Shown: positions 13,237-26,550 of the stretch, piece by piece | Layout of the letters: each line of letters begins with the position of its first letter | Numbering within the stretch: the stretch's first letter is position 1 | Source: Octopus sinensis | Lineage: Eukaryota | Direction of reading: 5' to 3' | Assembly: GCF_006345805.1 (NCBI RefSeq) | Contig: NC_043004.1 | Coordinates: 58,156,001-58,220,000 of the forward strand | DNA: 64,000 bases | Made by a program: the position numbers and the translations under genes | The notes under the pieces: generated by a model | Seen by the model: the letters and a program-made list of their open reading frames with translations, nothing else | The model's database searches: none | Told to the model about the DNA's origin: nothing

Positions 13237-13635
13237 TCTTTATATATAAAAGTAAGGTTGTGTGTCTGTCTCCTACGATTTAGATTCCTAACTACTCCCA
13301 CATTTTGCGGTGCAGTTTAACCAAAACCGGGTATCTTATAGTCGTGATTCATATCGAGCCCTTCTGGGTATTAGCGCGCGTCTACGATGAGTCTACGATT
13401 TAAAAAAAAATTTACCATCATTTTTTTCCATTTTAATGCATTTTTTTGCTATTATATAAGGGAAGTAACTCTCTAAAAATGTCTAAGATGAGTCAACGAT
13501 TTAAAAAAAAATTACCATAATTTTTTTCCCATTTTGAATGCATTTTTTTGGGGGGGGGGGTTGCTATAACTCTCTAAAAATGCTTATATAGTTATTTCCC
13601 TTACAAACCCGAGCAACGCCGGGCGATACTGCTAG
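13237..13635 (+). mobile_element. Non-autonomous Helitron
   Basis: 5' TC (TCTTTATATATAAAAG), 3' hairpin CCCGAGCAACGCCGGG then CTAG, inserted between A and T with no TSD. A second copy lies at 51906-52299. Confidence 0.85.
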
Positions 13636-13920
13636 TTAGACATAAAAGAAAAGACAAAATGGTTGAAATATAGGGAAAAGTCAAACCCTCATCTACGGTT
13701 GATGTACAAAGAACATTCTTTTATTCAATAAAGTCTTATTTCTCTTGAGTTTTAAGTAGTGGAAATTTCAATGTTACTCTTTGAGTACGGACAGTGAAAA
13801 ACCAGCTTTGAGGTGAAAAGCTTAAATGTCAAACATTTGACTGCAAAATGATATAGGTAATACAGGTTAGCATTCTTGAACCGGAGTTGCAGAAACCCTA
13901 GGAATTTCACGAGAAATAGT

Positions 13921-14325
13921 GGTAAATAGGCTAACATGTGGTAAGAAGCTTGCTTCCCAACTACATGGTTCCGGGTTCTGTCTCACTGCATGGTATCTTG
14001 GACAAGTGTTTTCTTCTATAGCCTCGGGCCGACCAAAGCCTTGTAAGTGGATTTGATAGACTGAAACTGAAAGTAGCCCGTCGTGTATATATATATATAT
14101 ATATAGGGTGGGGATGTATTTGTGTGCCTGTGTTTGTCGCCCCACCATCGATTGACAACCGATGTTGGTGTGTTTACGTCCCCGTAACCTAGCGGTTCGG
14201 CTAAAGAAACCGATAGAATAAGTACTAGGCTTACAAAGAATAAGTCCTGGGGTCGATTTGTTCTACTAAAGGTGGTGCTCCAGCGTGGCTGTAGTCAAAA
14301 TGACTGAAAGAAATAAAAAAGAAAA
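13921..14325 (+). mobile_element. SINE family A, diverged
   Basis: Family A body and tail with many substitutions. Confidence 0.85.
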
Positions 14326-14766
14326 AGAAAATTATATATATGTATGTATGTATATATATGTATGTATGTATATATATATGTATGTATGTATGTGTATATA
14401 TGTATGTATGTATGTATGTATATATATATATGCATATATATTTTCTATAGCCACCTTTTATTTTCTGTACTTAATTCTACATTTACAATTTTGTTATACA
14501 CGCATAGCATATTCTTTAAGGTAGGGAAATCCTCGCAAATCGTAAGATGCACATAGAGAAGGAAGCAACTTTCAATACAAGATTGGAAGGGACATGTAAT
14601 TTGATTTAAACGTGGTTTTGGTAACAACCTTGAAGAAGACAAATGTTTTAAAAACTTCGACGCTTCTAAAAAAACAAATATAAGTTTGTTTATATATATG
14701 CTGTTGAAGTATTTTTTTTTAAATGCCACGTATTCAGCGCTTAAATTTGACAGAGATTGTTGTCAG

Positions 14767-14838
14767 CAGCAAGTTTAGCTTAATGGTAAAATACTCAACC
14801 GCTCTCCGAGAGATGCAAGTTCGAGTCCTGTGGTTGTT
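14767..14838 (+). pseudogene. Decayed tRNA-like sequence or old SINE head
   Basis: A-box-like TAGCTTAATGG and B-box-like GTTCGAGTCC at tRNA spacing; the cloverleaf stems are broken. Confidence 0.35.
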
Positions 14839-15149
14839 TATTGACAACTTTTTTCCGTCTTATAAAAATAATAATACCCAGATTTTCTGTTGTTTTCACG
14901 TGCGATATATATGTGCATGATTTTCGTGTTGAGGTTCCCTCAGACATAAAAGTTTGGAAGATTTTGATATAGATTACATTAACTGCCTAGCGATTTTTTC
15001 TCTTGTATAATAATTTCCTAGTTACTGAAGAATAAATTATTGTATCTCTGAGAAATAGTGTTCCAAATAAAACAATTCCGAGCTTGTAGACTCAAATACA
15101 TTGATTATTTTATAAGGTATACATCCAAATATTTACGATGTTACTTATC

Positions 15150-15510
15150 ACAGGCTATTTTATGAAGATGTCCCTTTCGAAGCCCCATTTGCATACAATT
15201 TTGGCAAAGTGTTTTCTGCAATAGCTCCAAAGCTGACCAATACCTTGTAAGGGAAGACAGGCAATGTGCGGAAGCCCATTATATATGTATATCTGTGTTT
15301 GTTTCTCAACGTTTGTCAACCGACATTGACTTTTTTTTTTAACCCTGTAACTTAGAGATCGATGAAAGAAAACCAATAGAGTAAGAACACGACGCAAGAA
15401 TATATATTATAATTACTTTGATCGACTAAATTAACCCTTTCAAGGCTACGCCCCAGCATGGCCCCATGGCGGCATAACCAATGACTGAATCAAGTAAAAT
15501 AATAGAAGAA
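15150..15510 (+). mobile_element. Highly decayed SINE-A-related copy
   Basis: Tail GCCCCAGCATGGCC...AATGACTGAATCAAGTAAAA and a weak body match. Confidence 0.5.
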
Positions 15511-15767
15511 TAGGGACGGCGTCACAAAGTAAATCTTTTCTACCTCTTAAAAGATGCTGATTTACTGAAACGACTACAATCAGCTTAGTTACCATTTCTA
15601 TGGCCTTCGAAAGATAACGACGCTCTCATTCGTAGCATTTTGACCGCCTTGACTTAGTTGGTTTTTCCTTTCATCTCCTTTCTCTTATATATAAGCTATT
15701 GTCATTTCCATTCAAATCTCAATGACCAGAGTATACAATATCAGCGTCAAAAGATTTCTTAGAAGCT

Positions 15768-15817
<50 letters not shown>

Positions 15818-16028
15818 AAGATTTCCTTATTGGCCACGCAGGGCTGAACACAGAAGGGACAAAATACGAAGTAGAGCTTTTCTTTTTGGGAAGAAGAGAA
15901 AAAAAAGAAAAAAAGGGGGGTCGAATTCCGATCAGTTGGGATCGTGTATCACAGAAATCAATGGGTCGTGTTGATAGACAGATGGATAGATAGATAGATA
16001 GACTCATATATACTAAACACACACACAC

Positions 16029-16106
<78 letters not shown>

Positions 16107-16193
16107 TACATATATATATATATAATATATATATATATATATACATATATTATATATACATATATATATACATATATATATATACATATATAT

Positions 16194-16246
<53 letters not shown>

Positions 16247-16745
16247 AGTATATATGTGTATATTTTGCGCATGTGTGTAGATATATCCATGTGTGTGTGT
16301 GTGTGTTTATGAATGTGTATGCGTGTTATGTTCAAACCGCTCTTGAGCACTACTGGTAACGTTACCCAAGGCAACCTCTGGAACAGTCGGATCGGTGCTG
16401 ATTTTAACTAACAAACCCTACATTCTTAGACCATCTTTTGCGATTTTTGCTCTAATCAGTGAGTATGACTCACTAGCTTTAGACTAGCTTTCGTCATTTG
16501 GTATTCTGGTAACTATGACAACTAAATCTTTTCCATTGAAAACTGTTCCATCAGTAATTCAACAATTTCTACAACAACTAAATTATCCAATACTTCACCT
16601 CATATTTCTATGAGAATGCGATATAATAAGGGAGTTATGTAAGAGGTTTGATTCAGTACCCTTCAGATCTGCTCATGGCAAAAATGGCTTCCTAACATAT
16701 ATTTAAGATTTCTTTCCTAATTTCATCACACACACACACACACAA

Positions 16746-16797
<52 letters not shown>

Positions 16798-16808
16798 GTA
16801 TATATATA

Positions 16809-17020
16809 GTTAATCCAAACAAGAAAACAAAAAACAAAAAAAACAACAACGCAAGGACGTGGAACAAATAAAGTATTATTGGACGCTCAGGAAAGAAGGG
16901 AAGAAGGATGGTTTGACGTTTCGAGCGGAGCTCTTCGTCGGAAACATAGGAGAAGGAAAGATCCCGAGAAGGGAAGACAGGGGGGAAAATCGCTAGTGAT
17001 ACAAACACATACATGCTTAG
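16809..17020 (-). mobile_element. Penelope-like terminal remnant, family P3
   Basis: Same sequence as 61779-61870; next to (TA)n; contains a minimal hammerhead motif. Confidence 0.6.
16911..16945 (-). ncRNA. Minimal hammerhead ribozyme (U4>C variant)
   Basis: Minus strand: GTTT-CCGACGA-A-GAGC(TCC)GCTC-GAAA-CG-TC-AAAC. Stem III is the loopless palindrome ACGT and the triplet is GUC. Confidence 0.6.
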
Positions 17021-18959
17021 TCATATATGTTAATTTTATTCATCTTTTTCTCTTATTGTTCACTCCAGAATAAACTATAAAAAATAAATGTATATTCGAA
17101 TAGAAAAAAAAATGTAATCGTTAAGATGCGTTCAATAATAAATATTAAGAATATTACACTGTGTGATAAATAATGAAATCTTTTAATCGGATATCAATAA
17201 CGATCAAATATGATCTAGAAAATTCTTCGAAGAGAGCTTTGTTCTATTATCGTTGATCGGCAAAATGGGATTGTATAACTGTTACTGAAGTATGTGTGTA
17301 TAGAGTTTCTCTCTCGTAACCATTATAGCAGTCAAAGAATCCAGTATCTACTGTGCAGCTGCAAAAGAGTAATGGAAACCATTTCTACGCTAAATAAGAT
17401 ATTGAACCAAGTTTTCAGATATTTATTTATTTGTTTTGATCTTGTTACGATGGAAAGTAAAATGTTTGATTAATGAACAACGGGAAGTTTTACAACTTTC
17501 GTTTTTCTGTTACATGAATTCAATGAAATTACATTTACTTATTAAATCTTACTGTGAAATAATTCTGACACTATCCTTTTGTTCATCTCTTCGGGTCAAT
17601 TTGTTTTACTCTTTGTGATAGACACTGGTGTTTCGACTAGTTATCATCGACAGGAGAGTCGGCTACATCAAATTGTTAATTAATTACCCGTCAAGTCTGT
17701 CAGTTCTCTATTATATCGCCAAGTATACCCTGAGGACTAGTGGTCAAGTGGTTAAAGTATTGATCTCGCAATCATACGGTCATAGTTTCCATAACTGAAC
17801 TAAGCACTTCAAGTTGTTCCAATCTGTTCAACCGAAAATTAGTATCCGCCTAGTACTCGTGCAGCCCTTTCTTTTTATCCAGCTGTCATATATTCGATTG
17901 GCCACTAGGTAAAGGAAATGAAGGCTGAGAGTTTGTCTATGACTGCTCGCGAATCCATAGGTACCTTAAATTATTAGCGAAAGTTTGATGCGTGCTACTG
18001 TGTGATAACGTTTACAAATGACGGCTATGACGTTATTTTTTTAAGTGAGCCCAGAAACAAATCCTTCTTAAAAGCTAGGATATATTAGGAACCTAATCTC
18101 AAATGCTCACGTTTGCTATACACCAGAAGTCGTCTTACTCTATAATTTAGCTAAAGAAACACTATATCAATAACAATACAATGTTGAATTTTATTATTTT
18201 CTTGATAGTATTTTTCGGGGTTACTGAAATACAATGTACCGTAACTCTTCAAGCATATTTACAAATGAAAGTGACATTCTCCATAGCTCAGCTACCTTCC
18301 TCAAAGAGACGGATTTACTTTCTAATCAGTTTTTGCTTATCCTTAAAACTGTGATATGAAATCTGCTTACATTGCATTCTGCCTAATCCTTCTCTGATGG
18401 ATAGCATAAGTGCGAGAATATCTCTAGTTCTTAATCTTAAGCTTGCCTTCGTGATTTTAATGACTTGTGTAAATATTACCATTCAGCTTTAATTTTCGTC
18501 AAAGGATTACAAAGAACTTGGTATATTAAAACTTGCATCCTTTACAACTAGTCTTTCACAACCTTCAAGTTAAATATAAATTCAGTCTTCTATAGAAGTG
18601 TCATTGGTTGTGAAGCATAGCAGCATATTCCAGCAATGAACTGAAGAGTGGCGAGTAACTTTTTCTCAGAAACTTGCCGAAGTATTTTTTATATTTCTCT
18701 CATTCAAAATATCGTTTTTTTAAAAGTGTCTTGACAGTACAACTTATTTCAAGAACACACTAAATTTTACTAAGCTGAAGGTCATACATACACCAAACAT
18801 TTTTGCAAGAAGCTTTTCAGTGGTTTAGATTTCGGTTCGAACATGAAAAGAAATATTTCTCACTTGACCATTGGAGAAGATTCTTTCTCAACTTTTCTTT
18901 TAGTCAATAAATGTCAATTTTATTATACAGCTGAGATAATATGATACTATCAGTGTGCG

Positions 18960-19036
18960 TATGTATGTATGTATGTATGTATGTATGGTAGTATGTATGT
19001 ATGTATGTATGTATGTATGTATGTATGTATGTATGT
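18960..19036. repeat. (TATG)n tail / target of the adjacent R4-like fragment
   Basis: TATG tract directly abutting 19037. Confidence 0.9.
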
Positions 19037-19563
19037 CTTCTATTTTCAATTATTTAAATTCCTCCTCTGAGGAAGGAGTTGATTTCTAACAACGATTCAA
19101 AGATCCATCATTTGAATATTGATGACGAAAACAATGTCACATTTTAAACCTGAGAAAAGTATTGCATAGTTTTATTGTTCCACTTACAGATTGTATGTGC
19201 AATGTGCGACTCTGTTGATTGATTTCGTTTTCTGAAAATCCATGCTTATCCAAACCGATAGGCATTTACTTAGAAAACCAAGTGCTCCAATTATTATTGG
19301 TATAAGCTGGAGTTCCGAAGCAGCTGTCCATAGCTCTCTCTCTCTTTTTCTCTTTTTACTCTTTTTACTTGTTTCAGTCATTTGACTGCGGCCATGCTGG
19401 AGCACCGCCTTTAGTCGAGCAAATCGACCCCGGGACTTATTCTTTGTAAGCCCAGTACTTATTCTATCGGTCTCTTGCCCGAACCACTAAGTAACGGGGA
19501 CATAACACACCAGCATCGGTTGTCAAGCAATGCTAGGGGACAAACACAGCTACACAAACACAT

Positions 19564-19606
<43 letters not shown>

Positions 19607-19823
19607 TACGACAGGCTTCTTTCAGTTTCCGTCTACCAAATCCACTCACAAAGCATTGGCCGGCCCGGGGCTATAGCAGAAGACACTTGCCTAAGATGCC
19701 ACACAGTGGGACTGAACCCGGAACCATGTGGTTGGTTAGCAAGCTACTTACCACACAGCCACTCCTGCGCCTATCTTCTTTCTCTTTGATTTTCAAAGCG
19801 ATATTCACACCATGCGCAGAAAA
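19037..19823 (-). mobile_element. 3' end of an R4/Dong-like non-LTR retrotransposon, split by a SINE-A
   Basis: Minus-strand peptides GVNIALKIKEKED / YGQLLRN / LIPIIIGALGF / LHIQSVSGTIKLCNTFLRFKM* align with the C-terminus of the 24269-25736 element, and the 3' UTRs are similar. Confidence 0.7.
19344..19772 (-). mobile_element. SINE family A, full length
   Basis: Family A match, nested in the R4-like fragment. Confidence 0.92.
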
Positions 19824-19920
19824 TTATCAAGACGTGAAAAGACTGAAACGATAGAGAAGCATTGAAATATAATTCTAGCTTTTATTTTAGTTTTGAACAC
19901 CTCACACAAATATCTTTTAT

Positions 19921-20129
19921 CTTTTATTTTTTACTTGTTTCATTACTTAGATTGCGGTCGTGCTGAGGCATAGCCTTGAGGAATTTTAGGCGCACAAATT
20001 GACCCCAGTACTTATTCTTATAAAATCTGGTACTTATTCTATCAGGTCTCGTTTGCCGAACCGTGAAGTTACAGGGACATATACACACCAATATAGGTTG
20101 TCAGTCGGTGGTGGAGGACAAACACACAT

Positions 20130-20192
<63 letters not shown>

Positions 20193-20288
20193 ATATAATA
20201 TATATATATAGTATGTATATATATATATATGTATATGTATGTATTATATATATATATATATAATATATATAATATATATATATGTATG

Positions 20289-20332
<44 letters not shown>

Positions 20333-20529
20333 ATATATATAATATATGTATGTATATTATATATATATATGCAACAGGATTCTTTCAGTTTCCGTTTACC
20401 ATATCCACTCACAAGACTTTGGTAAGTCCGAAGCGATAGTAGAAAACATTTCCCCAAGGTACCATGAACTGGAACTGAACCCAGAACCATGTGGTAGGGA
20501 AGCAAACATTTTACAACACGGCCATGCCT
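19921..20529 (-). mobile_element. SINE family A, diverged, with expanded internal (TA)n
   Basis: Both halves are recognisable around a ~250-bp microsatellite. Confidence 0.8.
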
Positions 20530-21387
20530 GTTATTCAATTTTTTGGCATTGACTGAAAAAACGAATAACAAAGACATCTTTTTTTTTTATCTGATCTAGT
20601 CATGATGCTCAAGAATTAGACAGTGACTAATCTGTTGCGTTCATGCGTTTCTCCCCACCTTTCGCTACAGTGAAGCTGTACCACTAAGAAAAGGAGATTA
20701 GATCTTAAATTTCAAATCTGCCATTTTATAATCATATTAGTTGCCGTTGTTGTTTAATCCTAAGTGACCCCTGAAGGAAGTAGAATCCTGATCCTTTTTG
20801 CTTTTACTTCAGACTTATGTATATCTAAGACATTTACTATTATCTCCTCCCTTCTATCATGTTATTTGAGCAAGATTTGGCTGCTATTTGCGGAAAATCG
20901 AACAATCATATAGAAACTATTTTGTCGGCTCATTCGAATGATGCGGGGAAAGGATATTGGTATAGTCTGCATTGGACGCTATGTTGTCTGTTTCACTATC
21001 CGTGACCAAATTCAAAATCGGCTTCTTTCTATCATTCTAGAGTAGATATAAATTGATTCAGTGATACAATGTAATATAGCCAGGAGAAGAGTAAAAAAAA
21101 AATAGCAAAAGTGTTTTCTTAAATAACCAATCGATCCTTTAGTTATAAAAGAAAATACATTCAAGTTTGATATGAATGTCTGAAAAATAAACTAAAGCAG
21201 TCACTCGCAATTGTGTATGATTTGGTAATATGTACGATGCATTCGCTGTTTTAGTTGCCTATGTAGATATGAGCACTTGCAGACACTCTCTTGGCACTCA
21301 CTCCGTTCACTGAGTGGAACATCTGCTAGCGGGGAAGATGGCTGAAACAGCACTTGACTGCAGCTTGTTTTTTTTCTTTCTTTTTTC

Positions 21388-21497
21388 AGTAGATTGGAGC
21401 AACATGAAATGAAGTGCCTTGCTCAAGGACATAGCACATCACCCTATCCAGAAAATGAACCCTCGATTTTATGTCCATGTGCCCAGTATCCCTAACG
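21388..21497 (-). mobile_element. Old CORE-like SINE 5' fragment
   Basis: Minus strand GTCCTTGAGCAAGGCACTTCATTTCATGTTGCTCCA, related to 31245-31537. Confidence 0.5.
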
Positions 21498-22194
21498 TTT
21501 ACGTAGCATTGTGTTTCTTTTTAACGTCAATGTAGTTTTTAAACAGAGAATTCCAAAGAAAATTATTTCTCCAAATCTTATCTCATGGGTCATACAAAAC
21601 TCGTAATCAAAAGGAATAAAATCTAGTATGTCAACCTTCTTCTTTCCGATAACTTTAATTCCTGCTGTAGGATTTTTTCCATGACTGCATACCCGTGTAT
21701 AATGTTTGTTACTGAACTTCAGTATTACAGTAGCATATGTATATTTCTTTAGTTTTTCTTGTTGCTCTCTTTAAATAGAAAATAAATATATGATCTCTGA
21801 TTTTCTATAATATGAGACTGCATCTTCTCATTTATATATTTCACTCAGTTTATTCTAAATTAACCACACTAACATACAATCATTTCGCTTTATAGTTCCA
21901 AAAAAGACCTTCGAAACCAATGACCACTGTTCTTTTTTTCCATTCCAATGAAGCTACAAATAAACGAAGACGATTTTTTTTCACCCTTTCACCTAGAGGT
22001 TAAGTTCTTCTCTTGCCATAGAGATTGTTTTTCCTTTCAAGATTAGCAAATAAAGAAACCTAGTCTGGAAAAAAAATTATTTTCCAGTCTGAGTTATTTT
22101 TATAACAGGTTGGGGAAAATATTATGAAAGATATTTCTATACTAAAACTCCATTTTTGCCTTCGCGCAGTATCTGCAGTCTGTGTCATTATGGC

Positions 22195-22198
22195 CGAA

Positions 22199-22233
<35 letters not shown>

Positions 22234-22314
22234 CACAACCAACACCACCGTTATTACTACTACTACTGCCACCATTACTACTACTACTACTACCACCATT
22301 ACTACTACTACTAC

Positions 22315-22364
<50 letters not shown>
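22195..22364. repeat. (ACT/ACC)n-(AGT)n trinucleotide repeat
   Basis: The ACT run switches to AGT at ~22315, making a microsatellite palindrome. Confidence 0.9.
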
Positions 22365-22664
22365 AACGGTGTTGCTTCTAATTTAGGCACAAGGCCACCG
22401 ATTTTGAGGACAGTGTTTTAGTAGATACCATCGACCCGAGTACGTGACTGGTACTTTACTTTATTCTAACCCCAAATGGATGAAAGACAAAGTTGCCTTC
22501 GTTGAGATAAGAACTCTGAACATGAAGAGCCGGAGGAAAGACCACAAGGTATTTTTCCGACACTGTGACGATTCTGCCAGTAATAATAATTAACCAATTT
22601 CACCCAGAAATAGTTTGATTGAGAAGCTATGCCTCTGAAGTCGGACACAAATGACAAACTTATA

Positions 22665-22801
22665 CGAAAGGGAGCTGAAAAGTTCCTGGCTTTTGAGTAT
22701 CGCGAAAGTGTGGAATCTGAGAGAGAAATATCTTGAATAAAACCATAATTAACTGATTATTTTCTTTTACCCAAAGCCAGGAACTTTTCAGCAGCCCCGC
22801 G
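22665..22801. mobile_element. Mariner/Tc1-type MITE (internally deleted)
   Basis: ~29-bp TIRs CGAAAGGGAGCTGAAAAGTTCCTGGCTTT / AAAGCCAGGAACTTTTCAGCAGCCCCGCG, flanked by TA at 22663-22664 and 22802-22803. Confidence 0.8.
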
Positions 22802-22989
22802 TACATTGCCCACATTCTAAAAAAACTGCCTGACTGTTGTACCTTGATTCAGTTTACCATTGACCAAATTGGAGAGATTTTTCTATAGCTTCTTGTGAAA
22901 AGGACGCTTTTTTTCAGGTTAGGCAGTGGATTTGTAAAAGTAGATCTCAGTACATCGTGACTTCCACACTAGCACTCTTCAGAGGACTG

Positions 22990-23290
22990 GCGGCAGGTTG
23001 GAGGAGCGGTAAGGTCTTTGGGGTAAATTCTGGATGTCGACGAGAACTGCTTGGCTTTTTGCCCGGGAACTAACAATAGTTTACAGAAACCACTGGTATG
23101 GTAGAGCTGTCCAATCGAAGAGCATTGCCAGCTCAAGAAAGACGATGAAATTGTTCGGCATACACTTGTTCTGTGTCCGAAAGTTGCTAAATTTGTGGAG
23201 CTTTGTTCGGCAGCAATTATGAAGTGTAAGATGCAACCAGCTATCGGTGCCGGGTCCATTATGAGAATCTCCTCGACACTTTTTTTTTTC
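22990..23290 (+). mobile_element. Possible decayed L1/Tx1-type ORF2 C-terminal fragment
   Basis: Frame reads SCPIEEHCQLKKDDEIVRHTLVLCPKVAKF, resembling a CCHC knuckle; the family call is tentative. Confidence 0.4.
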
Positions 23291-23918
23291 TTTTAGAGTG
23301 GAATGGGGGATAATTTTCATCTATTTAGTGACTTGTCAAAAGGAACTGGACTTGTCTGAAAGGACTGTAGACAGGCATTTTTGCTTTGGAAAAGCTCTCG
23401 TTAACTCTTTAAGTTTCCTGAAATCCAGTAAATTTATCCCATAGTAGGTGAAAGGAATGAGCAGAACACTAGTGAATGCGCTGGCATTTAGCACGCACTT
23501 GTAGGCCAAGAAACTGGGACGGCGCAGTTACTTTGTTAACCAGAGTAATCTAGGATCTATATGGTTTATTGATTGACCCTAGGTACCGGTCTTCCCGACG
23601 GACATTGTATAATTCTTACATTGCTTTTACTTTCATTTTGTCTTCCTTCTTGCACTCATCGATTCCAATATAAACATATGAAAGTATTTTTATTGAACTT
23701 TAGAGAGTATTCTCTTGAGCTGTTGATGCTTATACGACCAAATGTTTCCAAATATGCTTAGTGGTGCATTTTAATTACACTCAAACACTTTTTTGAAAGC
23801 TGTTTAAGTGAACTAGGTCATGGAGAGCCCTCTCTCAAACCCAGCTGGAAATCTTTTGTTTTATTTCTTTAAATTATAGTGGTGTTATTTCCGAGCAGAT
23901 ATATATACATATGCATTC

Positions 23919-23920
<2 letters not shown>

Positions 23921-23949
<29 letters not shown>

Positions 23950-23986
23950 TGTATGTATGTATGTATGTATGTATGTATGTATGTAG

Positions 23987-24018
<32 letters not shown>

Positions 24019-24268
24019 ATGTATGTATGTATGTATGTATGTATGTGTATGTGTGTATGTATGTATGTATGTATGTATGTGTGTGTATGTGTGTATGTGT
24101 GTATGTATGTATGTATGTGTATGTGTGTGTATGTGTGTGTGTATGTATGTATGTATGTATGTGTGTATGTATGTATGTATGTGTGTATGTATGTATGTAT
24201 GTATGTATGTATGTGTGTGTATATATGTATGTGTGTATGTATGTATGTATGTATGTATGTATGTATGT
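23921..24268. repeat. (TATG)n/(TG)n microsatellite at the 3' end of the R4-like element
   Basis: Long TATG tract directly abutting 24269. Confidence 0.95.
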
Positions 24269-25736
24269 CACTGTTCAGTTTTATTTCAAGATTTCTTGCC
24301 AAGAGAGAAAGAGCCGGTTTCTAACCTAGATCCAAGGCTCCTTCACTGGAATTTCAACATCAACAACAGGGCATTTTTCTTTGTATGTATGTATGTATAT
24401 GTGCAGATGTGTATATTTGTTTTATGTATGTATTCTCATGCATATAGTTGCATATATAGACGTGCTAACATATATTCAAATGTTCTGGTAAGTTTTACAG
24501 AATTTTACAGTTCCAGTGATGGATTGGATCTGTAGTCTTCGAATTAGCTTTCTCCTTTCTGGTTTTGAGAAAATTAAGTTCACAACATTAGTATTTAGGT
24601 AGCGTGTTATATATCCCAAGACCCCGTTTACAGGTATAAACCTGAACTTGTAATCTGGATAGAGTAACTGCTGATTTCTCAATATTTCAGCGTAGATATT
24701 CTCTTTTTAACATCCGCTGGGCAGCTAATATATTCAGTTTTTCTTCTCTATCCCAAATCATTATATCAGGTCGGTTGTGCTTACATTTTCTTGTGGTCTT
24801 CACTGAGACATTCCACCAGTACTCCTTTTTTTATTGTGAATGGCTATAGCTTCTACCATGAAGTGGGTTCTTATTTCTTTGTCCTCGGGGTTATCCTTCC
24901 TACGGATTTCATTATAGAGTGTCCTAGCTACACCATGTCTCATCGGTAAATAATACCGTGATGACATTTCCGGACAACTGCGTATGATGTGGGTGATATC
25001 GTCAGTGTTAACTCCACAAAGTGTGCATCGGTTAACACATTTTACTGCTTTTCCTGCATCTCTATCCTTTTGTGCATCAGATATTTGGTTGATATTTCCT
25101 GTTCCTGGATTGCAGATGCGTACCTTTCAAAGTGGTCCATAATAGACTGCTTTGATGATCAACGTTACTATCATCTCGGAGCTTTCTACTAATATATCCA
25201 TCTATAGTCTTCTGCTCATATAAGCATATTCTTTCATCTGATGATAGGTTACGGTAGAGTCGTGCGACATCTTTGGGCATATATTCTAAGTTATCAGACA
25301 ACGTACGTTGCTCAAGGAGCTGCATTCCAAGTCTCATGTACGCAAACTTGGTCAAGGGTTGTTCTTCGGCACTTGGTGGTTAAAAGATGTTGCCGAAGGG
25401 ATATGATACGACATTCAAAGGCATTTTGGATCGATGTTCAGCCTCGGCCGCCATGTTTTCGTTTTAGATAGAAGCGGTCTACGTCACTGTTTATGTGGAA
25501 ATTATGTGTGCTTGTTAGTTTTTTTCAGGTTTTCACATCAATGACTCGGATTTCATCAACCGTTTAATCAAGCAGCATAAATGTTGGTATGAGTATTGGC
25601 ACCGCAAACAGTGGGCCGCTGTTTTATTGAATGCAGAGAGTTCTGAGGTCCAATTTTTCTTTATTCGGTTGTAATATTCTTTAGTGACACGTGTTTTGTT
25701 ACAGGTGCCATTGTAGGAGATGCTTCCACCCACACC
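24269..25736 (-). mobile_element. 5'-truncated R4/Dong-clade non-LTR retrotransposon with C-terminal restriction-like endonuclease (decayed)
   Basis: Minus-strand peptides: KEYYNRIKKNWTSELSAFNK and SDVDRFY..GGRG (post-RT); CTLCGVNTDDITHIIRSC (C-x2-C-x8-H-x4-C); MRHGVARTLYNEI; KHNRPDIMIWDREEK (PD motif); KENIYAEILRNQQLL. Several frameshifts. Confidence 0.85.
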
Positions 25737-25753
25737 TATGTATGTATGTATGT

Positions 25754-26168
25754 AGGCGCAAGAGTGGCTGTGTGGTAAGTAGCTTGCTAACCAACCACAT
25801 GGTTCCGGGTTCAGTCCCACTGTGTGGCATCTTAGGCAAGTGTCTTCTGCTATAGCCCCGGGCCGACCAATGCCTTGTGAGTGGATTTGGTAGACGGAAA
25901 CTGAAAGAAGCCTGTCGCATATATGTATATATATATATGTGTGTGTGTGTGTCTGTGTTTGTGTGTCTGTGTTTGTCCCCCTAGCATTGCTTGACAACCG
26001 ATGCTGGTGTGCTTACGTCCCCGTCACTTAGCTGTTCGGCAAAAGAGACCGATAGAATAAGTACTGGGCTTACAAAGAATAAGTCCCGGGGTCGATTTGC
26101 TCGACTAAAGGCGGTGCTCCAGCATGGCCGCAGTCAAATGACTGAAACAAGTAAAAGAGTAAAAGAGT
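25754..26168 (+). mobile_element. SINE family A, full length
   Basis: Family A match; (TATG)n on both sides. Confidence 0.92.
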
Positions 26169-26169
26169 A

Positions 26170-26205
<36 letters not shown>

Positions 26206-26550
26206 TGTATGTATGTATGTATGTATGTATGTATGTACGTACGTATTTATGTATACATGTACGCCTACATATGTATATGTGTGTGTGTATGTAGCTACGT
26301 GATAACACGTATATATTTATACATGTATGTATATGTATGTGAATGTGTGTGCATGTATAGCTATTAATACATCTTACCATATATAATATCTCTTACTCGC
26401 GTCCTTTGTATTTTAAAAATGTGTATTTTCACACAACGTTACATTTATTTTCTTTGTAACCCCCAGTGGAAGTTAAGTATCTTCTTAAATTTTCCGTGAC
26501 TCCTAATACAAGCTATTTTTATTATGATGATGATGATGATTATTATTATT

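Noticed and set aside
18635-18690. Hammerhead-like CTGAAGA...GAAA-CTT(GCCG)AAG-TA
   Set aside because: Stem III and the triplet look right, but stem II has no closing pair and stem I is weak. Single copy, so chance cannot be excluded.
18200-18950. Possible decayed RT on the minus strand
   Set aside because: Only vague motif resemblance; no frame could be reconstructed by eye.
22060-22421. Poly-Thr/Ser 'mucin-like' ORFs
   Set aside because: An (ACT)/(AGT) trinucleotide repeat open in several frames, with no splice or domain context.
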